Assembly: GCA_965203055.1 (NCBI GenBank)
Contig: OZ241863.1
Location: forward strand, 3,424,001-3,488,000
Direction: 5' to 3'
DNA from: Spirochaetia bacterium
GTDB lineage: Bacteria > Spirochaetota > Spirochaetia > SZUA-6 > Bin103
DNA: 64,000 bases
Positions 32,204-40,883 of the stretch are shown here, piece by piece. Made by a program: the position numbers and the translations under genes. Each line of letters starts with the position of its first letter. Position 1 is the first letter of the stretch. Under the pieces are notes generated by a model. That model made no database searches. It saw only the letters and a list, made by a program, of their open reading frames with translations, and was not told the origin of the DNA.

Positions 32204-33615
32204 GGATTGCGGTACACCGCCACCGGGCGGCCCATGAGCGCGGTCACTGCCGCGGCGGCCCGCGCCGCCTCGCCTTCCACCCGCGCGCGCTCCGCCGCCG
32301 CCAGCCGCCGCCGGGCGGCCAGTTCCAGGTTGCCGGCCGTACCCACCGCGGTGCGCCCGGCCAACGCCGCCTGGGCGGCCGCGGCGGCGCCGCGCGGCGC
32401 CGCCGGCGCGGCGCCGCCGGCCGCCGGCTGCGCGGCCTGGCGATAGGCTTCGCGGAAGGCCACCCCCCGGCTGACCAGAGCGAAGGCGGCGTCGGCGGCG
32501 AACAACTCCGGCGTGAGCGCGCGCGCCAAGGCCGCTTCGCGCACCTGCAGCCGTTCGACCGTCAGGGTCATCACCACCACCTGGCCGATCACCGTGTCCA
32601 GGCCGGTCAAGTAGGGTCGTTTGGTCTCCTGCAAGTCGCGGTGGTAGCCGCTCGGCAGGTTGCGCACGATACCCTTTACCGCGCCGGCGAGGCCGGACAC
32701 CGTCGCCGCCCGGGCGCGCACCAGCTCCAGGCCGTCCGGGTTGCGCTTGTGGGGCATGATGCTGCTGCCGGTGCACAGCTCCACCGGCAGGGCCACGTAG
32801 CCCAGCTCCGGCAGCGAGAACAGGATCAGGTCCTGAGCCAGACGGCTGGCGGTCATGGCCACCTGGTCGAGGGCGTCGAGGGTCACCGCCTCCAGCTTGC
32901 CGCGGCTGTTGGCCGCGGTGAGCACGTTATGCACCGGACCGTCGAAGCCCAGCAGGGAGGCGACCAGCTCCCGGTCCAGCGGCAGCGGCGCCCCGTAACC
33001 GGCCGCGGAACCAAGCGGCGAGCGATTGGTCAGCCGGTAGCAGGTGGCCACCAGGGCCAGGTCGTCCAGCAGCTCCTCGGCGAAGGCCGCCGCCCACAGC
33101 CCGAGGGTGGAGGGCATCGCCACCTGGGTATGGGTGCGGCCGGGCATCGCGGTGCGCCGGTAGCGGGCGGCGAAGGCCAACAACGCCTCCGCCAGCGCCA
33201 GCACCGCCCGCTGCAGCTCGGTGAGCGCCTCGCGCCCGTACAGGCGCAGGGCGGCCATCACCTGATCGTTGCGCGACCGTCCGGCGTGGATCCTGGCGCC
33301 GGCCGCGGTGCGCCGGGTCAGGTAGCGCTCCAGCGCGGTGTGTCCATCCTCGTCGGACCGCTCGATGGTTAAGCCGCCGCGCTGCGCCAGTTCCAGCGCC
33401 TCCAGCAGCGCGGCCCGCAGTTCCGCCAGTTGCTCGGGCGAAAGCACCTCGATCTCCGCCAACATGGTGGCGTGGGCCATGGAAGCTACGCAGTCCGCGG
33501 CCAGCAGGGCGCCGTCGAGCCGATAGTCGTCGCCCACGGTGAACTGCTCGATGAGCGCATCCAGCGGCTCGTTCTTGTCCCAGAGTTTGCGCCCGGCGCG
33601 TTCCCCGCTAGCCAT
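32182..33615 (-). CDS. argH: argininosuccinate lyase
   Basis: HAGRSRNDQV, MPGRTH, TGSSIMPHKRNPD, YHRDLQ, FREAY. Confidence 0.93.
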   Translation of the reverse strand: MASGERAGRKLWDKNEPLDALIEQFTVGDDYRLDGALLAADCVASMAHATMLAEIEVLSPEQLAELRAALLEALELAQRGGLTIERSDEDGHTALERYLTRRTAAGARIHAGRSRNDQVMAALRLYGREALTELQRAVLALAEALLAFAARYRRTAMPGRTHTQVAMPSTLGLWAAAFAEELLDDLALVATCYRLTNRSPLGSAAGYGAPLPLDRELVASLLGFDGPVHNVLTAANSRGKLEAVTLDALDQVAMTASRLAQDLILFSLPELGYVALPVELCTGSSIMPHKRNPDGLELVRARAATVSGLAGAVKGIVRNLPSGYHRDLQETKRPYLTGLDTVIGQVVVMTLTVERLQVREAALARALTPELFAADAAFALVSRGVAFREAYRQAAQPAAGGAAPAAPRGAAAAAQAALAGRTAVGTAGNLELAARRRLAAAERARVEGEAARAAAAVTALMGRPVAVYRNPWQTSAA

Positions 33616-35173
33616 GGGCCGGCGCCAGGGTTCCGGGCGCCACCAGATTGAGCATCTTTTCGGTGGCCTGGGCCGCGGCCAGCACCTGATCGCTGTGCAC
33701 GCCCTTGGTGTTGAACACGCCGGGACGATCCGGGCGCAGCCAGGTGATGGAACACTGTACCAGCGCGTCCGACTTGCCGCCGGGCGGAATCGACACGTTG
33801 TAATCGGCCAGCCGCGGCAGGGTGAGCCCGAGCTGGCCCGCAATGCTGCGGATCGCGTTCATGAACGCGTCATAGCCGCCGTCGCCCTGGTTGCTGGCCT
33901 CGTACTCGTCGAACGCGCCGGCGGCGTTGCGGTGGGCGACCCTGACGGTAGCTATCGGCTTGAGGCCGATGCTGGACACCACCACGCAGCTCTTCAGGAT
34001 GAAGGTGCGGTCGTGCGGCGTCTCCAGCACGTCCGAAATGATGAACGGCAGGTCGTCCTGGGTGATGGTCTGCTTGCTGTCGGCCAGTTCCTTGATCCGC
34101 TCCAGCACCAGGCGGGACTGCTCCTCGTCCAACTCGATTCCCAGGTCGGCGAGATTGAACTCCAGGCTGCGCTTGCCGCTGAGCTTGCCGAGCGCATAGC
34201 GGCGGCGGCGCGCGAACCGCTCCGGCGACAGGCGGCTGGCGTAGAGGTCTCCCTTGTGGTCGCCGTCGGCGTGGATGCCGGCGGTCTGGGTGAACACGTT
34301 GGGGCCGACGATCGGCTTGTTGAAAGGCACCCGCCGGCCGGAGAACACCTCCACCCGCTCGCTGGCGGTAATCAGCTTGGTCTCGTCGATCTGCGTCCGC
34401 CGGCCCAGGAAGTCATGAATGCCGACCACCACCTCCTCCAGGGGGGTGTTGCCGGCGCGCTCGCCCATGCCGTTCACCGTACAGTGAACGCAGGAAACGC
34501 CCGCTTCCACCGCGGCGAGGGTATTCGCCGTCGCCATGCCGTAGTCGTCGTGGCCGTGGAAGTCGAAGCTCAGCTCGGGGTAGCGCCGCACCAGATCGCC
34601 GACGAACGCGCGCACCTGCCGCGGCGCCAGCAAGCCGAGGGTATCGGGCAGCATGATTCGCCACAGCCCGAGGCGGCGCAGCTCATCGAGCATGGCATAT
34701 ACGTAATCCGGCGACTCGAGCATCCCGCCCGACCAGTCTTCCAGATAGATGTTGCAGCGCACGCCGCGGCTGCCGGCATAGGCAACGGTCGCGGCGATGT
34801 CGGCAAAGTGGTCGGCGGGCTGCTTGCGGAGCTGGGTGGTGACGTGCCGCAGCGAGCCCTTGGCCAGCAGGTTCATCACCGTGCAACCGAGCTCCTCGAT
34901 CCAGTCGACGGAGCGGCCCACGTCGGTGAAGCCGAGCACCTCGATCGCCTCCGCGCGGCCATGCTTGGCGGCCCAGGAGATCACCTCGCGCACCGCGTCG
35001 CGCTCGCCGTCGCTGACCAGCGCGCTGGTGAGCTCCACGTGATCGACCTTCACGTCCTCCAGCAGAACCTTGGCAATGGCGAGCTTCTCGCCCGGCGTGT
35101 AGCTGACGTCCTGCATCTGCTCGCCGTCGCGCAGCGTGGTGTCGAGCACCTCGATGGTTGCGGCGCCGGTCAC
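33608..35173 (-). CDS. cimA: citramalate synthase / 2-isopropylmalate synthase family (CimA-type)
   Basis: DTTLRDGEQ, NIYLEDWSGG, LPDTLG, HGHDD, GERAGN, AGIHADGD plus C-terminal regulatory domain; resembles the Leptospira/Bacteroidota CimA type. Confidence 0.75.
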   Translation of the reverse strand: MTGAATIEVLDTTLRDGEQMQDVSYTPGEKLAIAKVLLEDVKVDHVELTSALVSDGERDAVREVISWAAKHGRAEAIEVLGFTDVGRSVDWIEELGCTVMNLLAKGSLRHVTTQLRKQPADHFADIAATVAYAGSRGVRCNIYLEDWSGGMLESPDYVYAMLDELRRLGLWRIMLPDTLGLLAPRQVRAFVGDLVRRYPELSFDFHGHDDYGMATANTLAAVEAGVSCVHCTVNGMGERAGNTPLEEVVVGIHDFLGRRTQIDETKLITASERVEVFSGRRVPFNKPIVGPNVFTQTAGIHADGDHKGDLYASRLSPERFARRRRYALGKLSGKRSLEFNLADLGIELDEEQSRLVLERIKELADSKQTITQDDLPFIISDVLETPHDRTFILKSCVVVSSIGLKPIATVRVAHRNAAGAFDEYEASNQGDGGYDAFMNAIRSIAGQLGLTLPRLADYNVSIPPGGKSDALVQCSITWLRPDRPGVFNTKGVHSDQVLAAAQATEKMLNLVAPGTLAPAHG

Positions 35174-35205
35174 GCAGCCCCCCCTGCGGCGCCGGCCGGG
35201 CCAAC

Positions 35206-35237
35206 AAAAAGGGCCGTGAGCGGGACACCCACGACCC
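35206..35237 (-). terminator. intrinsic terminator in the cimA 5' leader (attenuator-like)
   Basis: Minus strand GGGTCGTGGG-TGTCCCG-CTCACGGCCC-TTTTT: 10-bp stem plus U-tract, about 30 nt upstream of the GTG. Confidence 0.65.
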
Positions 35238-35352
35238 GGCGCGGGCGCGTTGCGCAACACGGCGGCCGCGGGTACCGCGCCGCGGGCGTACCCCGAATGA
35301 CCCTGTCGCTGCCGTACAAGTATGGCGCCCCCATCGCTCGCTGCCGGTTTTC

Positions 35353-35382
35353 ACCGTACCCGCAGCCCCCGATTCGGGTCAA
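35353..35382 (-). promoter_or_regulatory. sigma70-type promoter of the cimA-argH-hflX run
   Basis: TTGACC-N18-TACGGT. Confidence 0.5.
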
Positions 35383-35413
35383 GGCGCCGCATTGCCTCGG
35401 TCGCGTTCCCAGG

Positions 35414-35443
35414 TTGACGCGGCGCTACGGTGCCGGCTAGGGT
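35414..35443 (+). promoter_or_regulatory. sigma70-type promoter facing panB
   Basis: TTGACG-N18-TAGGGT. Confidence 0.5.
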
Positions 35444-35612
35444 TGGGATGGTCACTGACCGGCCGGCTCTCCGATTTGGATGCGGCGGCAGTGAACTACT
35501 GGTCTGACCCGTGCGCTCGCTCGACGAGGCGTATGCCGTTGCCTGGATTGGAGATAACCGGGACGACGCGGACTTGGCGCCAAAGCCGTGAATCCTCCAG
35601 ACCTCCAATCGA
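35418..35612 (+). ncRNA. structured RNA candidate (long interrupted hairpin; 6S-like or cis-regulatory leader)
   Basis: CTCCGATTT/GGATTGGAG, GCGGCGGCA/TGCCGTTGC, GGTGCCGG/TTGGCGCC and CGCGGC/GCCGTG helices; their G-U pairs favour the + strand. Confidence 0.4.
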
Positions 35613-35643
35613 CCGTCAAGGCAACCGCGCGCCGCTGCCGATA

Positions 35644-35678
35644 ATCGGTACCTCGGGCGTTCGTACGCAGAGACCGAT
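35644..35678 (+). promoter_or_regulatory. pan-motif-like stem-loop upstream of panB
   Basis: ATCGGT-AC-CTC-GG-GCGT-TCGT-ACGC-A-GAG-ACCGAT hairpin immediately before the RBS of a pan operon. Confidence 0.4.
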
Positions 35679-35694
35679 GGGCCGAGGAACCGCC

Positions 35695-36576
35695 GTGGAA
35701 CGCGACAAGGTCACCATCCGACAGGTCACCAAACGGGCGGGTGATGCACCGCGCCTGACGATGATCACCGCCTACGACTACTACAGCGCGCGGTTCGCGG
35801 ACCGCGCCGGGGTGGACATGATCCTGGTGGGCGACAGCCTCGGTCCGTTCATGCTCGGCTACCCCGGTACGGTGCCGGTTACCATGGAGGAGATGCTCCA
35901 CCACTGCCGCGCGGTCACCCGGGCGCAACCGGCGGCGCTGGTGGTCGGCGACCTGCCGTTCGGTTCCTACCAGATCGGCGCGCCGCAGGCGGTCGCCAAC
36001 GCCGTGCGCCTGATCAAGGAAGGAGGCTGCGCCGCGGTGAAGCTGGAGGGCGGCGCGGAGCGGGCCGCGGCCATCAGCGCCATCGCGGCCGCGGGCATCC
36101 CGGTAATGGGGCACGTCGGGCTGGAGCCGCAGTCCGAGCACCTGACCGGCGGTTACCGCGTGCAGGGCCGAACGGCGGCGGCGGCGGAGCGGCTGGTCCG
36201 CGACGCCCAGGCGGTTGCCGCCGCCGGCTGCTTCGCGCTGGTGGTGGAAGCGGTGCCGCGCAAGATCGCGGCCGAGATTACCCGGCGGGTGCCGGTCGCA
36301 ACCATCGGCATCGGCGCCGGCGCCGGTTGCGACGGCCAAGTGTTGATCTACCACGAAGTGATCGGCATGCATACCGGCAGCGCGCCGCGCTACGTCAAGC
36401 AATACGCCGACGTCGGCGCGCAGATCGACGGCGCGCTCGCCCGCTATTGCGCCGAGGTGCGCCGCGGGCAATTTCCCGACCGTGCGCACTCCTACCTGAT
36501 GGAACGCGCCGAGCTGGCCGCGTTCCGCGCGCGGCTGCCGGCAATCGACGGCCCTGCGCCATCCAACGGAGGTTGA
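35695..36576 (+). CDS. panB: 3-methyl-2-oxobutanoate hydroxymethyltransferase
   Basis: MITAYD, ILVGDSLG, VGDLPFGSY, VKLEGG, GIGAG, DGQVL; GAGGA RBS before GTG (alternative ATG at 35677). Confidence 0.96.
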   Translation: MERDKVTIRQVTKRAGDAPRLTMITAYDYYSARFADRAGVDMILVGDSLGPFMLGYPGTVPVTMEEMLHHCRAVTRAQPAALVVGDLPFGSYQIGAPQAVANAVRLIKEGGCAAVKLEGGAERAAAISAIAAAGIPVMGHVGLEPQSEHLTGGYRVQGRTAAAAERLVRDAQAVAAAGCFALVVEAVPRKIAAEITRRVPVATIGIGAGAGCDGQVLIYHEVIGMHTGSAPRYVKQYADVGAQIDGALARYCAEVRRGQFPDRAHSYLMERAELAAFRARLPAIDGPAPSNGG

Positions 36577-36578
36577 CG

Positions 36579-37520
36579 ATGCGCGTGGTCACCGGCGCCG
36601 CCGAGCTGCGCGCCGCCCGGGCGAAGCTGTCCGGCAGCGTCGGCCTGGTGCCCACCATGGGCGCCCTGCATGCCGGGCACGCCGCGCTGGTCCGGCGCAG
36701 CGCGCGGGAATGCGAGCACACCGCGGCGAGCATCTTCGTCAATCCCGCGCAGTTCGACGACGGCGCCGACTTGGCGGCGTATCCCCGCGACCTCGAGCGC
36801 GATCTCGCCCTGCTCGCCGAGCTGCGCGTGGACCTGGTGTGGACCCCGCCCCCCGACGAGGTCTACCCGCCGGGATACCAGACCTTCGTCGAGGTACGCG
36901 AGCTGTCGCAACCGCTGGAAGGCGCGGCCCGCCGCGGCCACTTCTCCGGCGTGGCCACGGTGGTGACCAAGCTGCTGGTGCTGTTCCAACCGCAGCGCGC
37001 CTACTTCGGCCGCAAGGATGCCCAGCAACTGGCGGTGGTGCGCCGGCTCACCGCCGACCTCGGCCTGCCGGTCGCCATCGTCGGCTGCCCGACGGTGCGC
37101 GCCGCCGACGGGGTGGCCCTGAGCTCGCGCAATGCGATGCTCGCGCCGGCCGCCCGGCAGCGCGCGGCCGCCCTCCACCGGGGGCTGGCGGCCGCGGGGC
37201 GCTGCTGGCGCTCCGGCGAGCGCCGCCGCGAGCTCCTGCTGCGGCAGGCGCGCGCCCCGATCGACGCCGCCGGGGTGACGCTCGAGTACCTGAGCGTGGC
37301 CGACCCCGATACCTTGCAGGAGTTGCAGCCCACGGCCGCCACCGCCCGCGCGCTGGTATCGCTTGCCGCCCGCGTCGACGGGGTACGTCTGATCGACAAC
37401 CTGCTGCTGCCCGATGACCTCGAGGAGCCGCCGCCGGTGCGAGCGCCGGGGGCGGCGGGGACGGCGGGTAACGGAACGGCAGGCGCCCGGCCGGGCGCCG
37501 CGCAACCGGTGGCCGGATAA
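36579..37520 (+). CDS. panC: pantoate--beta-alanine ligase
   Basis: VPTMGALHAGH, SIFVNPAQF, GHFSGV, FGRKDAQQ, LSSRN, RLIDN. Confidence 0.96.
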   Translation: MRVVTGAAELRAARAKLSGSVGLVPTMGALHAGHAALVRRSARECEHTAASIFVNPAQFDDGADLAAYPRDLERDLALLAELRVDLVWTPPPDEVYPPGYQTFVEVRELSQPLEGAARRGHFSGVATVVTKLLVLFQPQRAYFGRKDAQQLAVVRRLTADLGLPVAIVGCPTVRAADGVALSSRNAMLAPAARQRAAALHRGLAAAGRCWRSGERRRELLLRQARAPIDAAGVTLEYLSVADPDTLQELQPTAATARALVSLAARVDGVRLIDNLLLPDDLEEPPPVRAPGAAGTAGNGTAGARPGAAQPVAG

Positions 37521-38303
37521 GTGCTGCTCGGGATCGACGTGGGCAACAGCAACGTGGTGCTCGGCGTGTTCGACGGCGTGAGGCTGCGGGCGAGTTGGCG
37601 CATCCACACCCGCACCGCGGCGACCGCCGACGAATACGGCGTCCTGATTGCCGGGATGTTCGCCGGCGCAGGCCTGGAACCGGCGCTCATCGACGGGGTG
37701 GCGCTGGCCAGCGTGGTGCCGCCGCTGACCCCCTCCTTCGCGGAGTTGGCGCGGCGCATGTTCCGCTGCCGGCCGCTGGTGGTCGATGCCGGCGTGAAGA
37801 CGGGGGTCAAGGTGCGTTACGACAGCCCCCGCGACGTCGGCGCCGACCGCATCTGCAACGCCGCCGCCGCGTGCCGCTACTACGGCGCCCCCGCGTGCAT
37901 CATCGACTTCGGCACCGGCACTACCTTCGACGCGATCAACGCGGCCGGCGAATACGTCGGCGGGGCGATCGCTCCCGGCCTGGAGATCGCGCTGCAGGCG
38001 TTGGCGGGCCACACCGCGCGCCTGCCGCGCGTCGAGCTGCGCCCGCCGCCGGCGGCAATCGGGCGCAATACGGTGCATGCCATGCAGTCGGGACTGGTGT
38101 TCGGCTACGTGGCGCTGGTGGAGGGCATGGTGGCCCGCTTCCGCGCCGAGCTGGGGCCTGACCTGCGGGTCATCGGTACCGGCGGCCTGGCCGAGGTGAT
38201 CGCCGCCGAGACCGACGCGGTGCAGCAGGTCGATCCGTGGATCACCCTCAAGGGCCTGCGCATCGTCTACCAGCTCAACCAGCCGCCGGCGGCAGCCGCA
38301 TGA
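37521..38303 (+). CDS. coaX: type III pantothenate kinase
   Basis: IDVGNSN, VGADR, IDFGTGTTFD, GGAIAPG, TGG. Confidence 0.95.
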   Translation: MLLGIDVGNSNVVLGVFDGVRLRASWRIHTRTAATADEYGVLIAGMFAGAGLEPALIDGVALASVVPPLTPSFAELARRMFRCRPLVVDAGVKTGVKVRYDSPRDVGADRICNAAAACRYYGAPACIIDFGTGTTFDAINAAGEYVGGAIAPGLEIALQALAGHTARLPRVELRPPPAAIGRNTVHAMQSGLVFGYVALVEGMVARFRAELGPDLRVIGTGGLAEVIAAETDAVQQVDPWITLKGLRIVYQLNQPPAAAA

Positions 38304-39565
38304 ACGCGGCGACGCCGCGCCGCGGCGTGTTGGTGGGGGCGCGCGTGGTGGTCGGCGTGACCGGCAGCATCGCCGCCTACAAGGCGGCCACCCTGGTGAG
38401 CTCGCTGGTGCGCCGCGGGGCGTACGTCGACGTGATCCTTACCGCTTCTGCGGCGCGCTTCGTCACCCCCGCGACCTTCGCCGCCTTGACGCCGGGCGCG
38501 GTGCATGCCGACCTGTTCACCGACCGCGGCCTGCCGCACGTGGAGTTGGCCGAGCGCGCCGACCTGATCGTGGTGGCGCCGGCCACCGCCCACACCCTGG
38601 CGCGGTTGGCCCACGGCCTGGCCGACGACCTGCTCGCGCTCACCATCCTCGGCGCCCGCGCGCCGGTACTGGCGGCCCCGGCGATGGAGGCCGGGATGTG
38701 GCGCCATCCCGCCACCCGCCGCAACGTGGAGCTGCTGCGCGCGGACGGCGTGTACTTCGCCGGTCCGGACTGCGGGCGCCACGCCTCCGGCGCCGGCGGC
38801 CCGGGGCGCATGGTGGAACCGGAGGCGCTGGTCGGCCACGTTCGCCGGGTGTTGGGGCGGGGCGGCGATCTGGCCGGGATTCGCTGCCTGACGACGGCCG
38901 GGGGCACGCGCGAACCGCTCGATCCGGTACGCGTGCTGAGCAACCGCTCGAGCGGGAAGATGGGGCTCGCCCTGGCCCGCGCGGCGCGTGACCGCGGCGC
39001 CGAGGTGACGCTGATCACCACCGCGGCCGCGCCTCCCGACGACGCCGGGATCAGCGTCGCGCCGGTGGAGACCGCCGCCGAGATGCAGGCCGCGGTCAGC
39101 GCGCGCCTGGCGTCGCACGAGGTGCTGCTGATGGCGGCCGCGGTGGCCGACTACCGGCCGGCCGCCCGGGCTTCCCACAAGATCAAGAAGGGCAGCGCCG
39201 GGTCCCGCCGCCGGCTGGAACTGGAGCGGACCGACGACATCGTCGCCGCCGCGGCGCGCCGGCGGCGCAGCGCGGAACCCCTGCGCCGGCCGCGCGTGAT
39301 CGCCGCCTTTGCCGCGGAAACCGAGAATCTGGAGCAGTTCGCACGTGCCAAGCTGGAACAGAAGGGGGTCGATCTGATCGTTGCCAACCCGGTCACCGAC
39401 AGCGCGGGCGGCACCGTATTCGGTTCCGACCACAACGAAGTGCTGCTGATCGCTCCCGACGCGGCTACGGTGCGCCTGCCGCCGCTGGAGAAGGAGCAGG
39501 CCGCGCATCACATCCTCGATGCGGTGCGGCGGCAACTGGATCAGGGCGCGGCGCCGGGCGGCTGA
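38300..39565 (+). CDS. coaBC: bifunctional PPC decarboxylase / PPC synthetase
   Basis: GVTGSIAAYK, APATA, PAM, GGTREPLDPVR..NRSSGKMG, AAVADY, KIKK, FAAET. Confidence 0.95.
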   Translation: MNAATPRRGVLVGARVVVGVTGSIAAYKAATLVSSLVRRGAYVDVILTASAARFVTPATFAALTPGAVHADLFTDRGLPHVELAERADLIVVAPATAHTLARLAHGLADDLLALTILGARAPVLAAPAMEAGMWRHPATRRNVELLRADGVYFAGPDCGRHASGAGGPGRMVEPEALVGHVRRVLGRGGDLAGIRCLTTAGGTREPLDPVRVLSNRSSGKMGLALARAARDRGAEVTLITTAAAPPDDAGISVAPVETAAEMQAAVSARLASHEVLLMAAAVADYRPAARASHKIKKGSAGSRRRLELERTDDIVAAAARRRRSAEPLRRPRVIAAFAAETENLEQFARAKLEQKGVDLIVANPVTDSAGGTVFGSDHNEVLLIAPDAATVRLPPLEKEQAAHHILDAVRRQLDQGAAPGG

Positions 39566-39602
39566 GCTGGCTGATCCAAGCCAAGCGGCCCGTTCCCAAG
39601 GA

Positions 39603-39818
39603 TCAGCCGGCGCGCGGCTCCTCATCGCCGCCGGCGGCCTTGCCGGCGGCGCTCCGCCCGCCCTCGGCCTCCTCGCGGCCGGCGTCGCCCTGCCCCCGCT
39701 CGAACTCCTTCTTCGCGCGCCCGATGGAGCGCGCGAAGCGGGGAATGGCCGAAGCGCCGAACAGCACCAGCACCACGCCTCCGATGATGATCCACTCCGC
39801 TCCGCCAGGTAACATCAT
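39603..39818 (-). CDS. tatA: twin-arginine translocase TatA/TatE
   Basis: GGAEWIII...VLFGASAIPRFARSIGRAKKEF. Confidence 0.85.
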   Translation of the reverse strand: MMLPGGAEWIIIGGVVLVLFGASAIPRFARSIGRAKKEFERGQGDAGREEAEGGRSAAGKAAGGDEEPRAG

Positions 39819-39823
39819 CTTCT

Positions 39824-40117
39824 CTACTCCTCCTTGCGCGCGTTCGCGCCCGTCCGTTTCCCAGTCCCGCCGTTGCCGGCGGCATCCTGCTCCGAGCCGC
39901 CGGCGGCGATGCTGTGCCCCGGGTCATCCTGCTGCGGGTCGTCGTCCAGCTCCATGGAATACTGGAATTGACGCATGATGCGGCGCGACGCCCCGGTCAC
40001 GCGGCCATACAGCCTGCCCGCCTTGCGCATCACCCGCGGCAGCTCCTCGGGGCGCACGAACACCAGCAGGGCAACGCAGATCAAAGCGATCTCCCACACT
40101 CCGAGGCCGAACATCAT
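39824..40117 (-). CDS. tatB: twin-arginine translocase TatB-like subunit
   Basis: MFGLGVWEIALICVALLVFVRPEELPRVMRKAGR; ATGA overlap with tatC. Confidence 0.75.
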   Translation of the reverse strand: MMFGLGVWEIALICVALLVFVRPEELPRVMRKAGRLYGRVTGASRRIMRQFQYSMELDDDPQQDDPGHSIAAGGSEQDAAGNGGTGKRTGANARKEE

Positions 40118-40872
40118 TCGGCCCCAAAGCCGAGCAGCTTGGCAACCAGGATCGACAGAAAGAACATACCGACCATCGGCACCGCCAGGCTCACCTGCGA
40201 CACCACGTCCGGCGGGGTTACCACCGCGGCCAGGGCGAAGATCAGGACCACCGCGTAGCGGCTGGCGCGCAGCAATGCCCGCCGCGTAACCGCTCCCGTC
40301 ATCATCAGCACCACGAGCAGGATCGGAATCTGGAACACCAGCAGGAACACCAGCAGGAACTGGAACACGAAGAACACGTTGCGCTGGAAGTTGAGCAGCA
40401 GGCCGACACCCGGCGGGATGAACCCGCCGCTGACCAGAAACCGCACCGAAAGCGGTATGACGCTGTAGTAGCTGTACAGGAAGCCCGCCAGCAACAGCAC
40501 GAACGACGCCGCCAGGGTGGCCGTCACCGCGCGGCGCTCGCGCCCGGTGAGGCCGGGAAAGATGAAGCGCACCAGATGGTAGAGGTGCACCGGCAGCGAC
40601 AGCACGGCGCCGGCGATCAACGCCACCTTCACGCGCACCAGAAAGCCTTCGAAGATGGTGTTGATGAACAGATAGGCGGCGTCCGCCTCGGGCGCGGCGG
40701 ACGCGGCGGGCGGCAGCGACTCCAACGGACGCAGCAACACCGCCAGCACCGGCTCGTAGAACAGGTAGCAGGCGACGGCCGCCAGCAGCACCGCCAGCAG
40801 GGAGATGAGCAGTCGTTGCCGCAGCTCCGCGGCATGTTCGAGGAAGGGCATGGTGCCCCGCACCGGCGCCAT
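40114..40872 (-). CDS. tatC: twin-arginine translocase TatC
   Basis: MPFLEHAAELRQRL, FIFPGL..RE, FQIP, AAVVTPPD. Confidence 0.93.
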   Translation of the reverse strand: MAPVRGTMPFLEHAAELRQRLLISLLAVLLAAVACYLFYEPVLAVLLRPLESLPPAASAAPEADAAYLFINTIFEGFLVRVKVALIAGAVLSLPVHLYHLVRFIFPGLTGRERRAVTATLAASFVLLLAGFLYSYYSVIPLSVRFLVSGGFIPPGVGLLLNFQRNVFFVFQFLLVFLLVFQIPILLVVLMMTGAVTRRALLRASRYAVVLIFALAAVVTPPDVVSQVSLAVPMVGMFFLSILVAKLLGFGAE

Positions 40873-40883
40873 CGTTCCTGGCT

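Noticed and set aside
35240..35345. T-box or Leu/Ile leader peptide upstream of cimA
   Set aside because: GGTACC is present but not the GGTGGNACC antiterminator bulge or stem I motifs; no run of branched-chain codons in any frame
35485..35540. SRP RNA (ffs) as identity of the intergenic hairpin
   Set aside because: Lacks the conserved CAGG..GGAA..AGCAG domain IV motif on either strand
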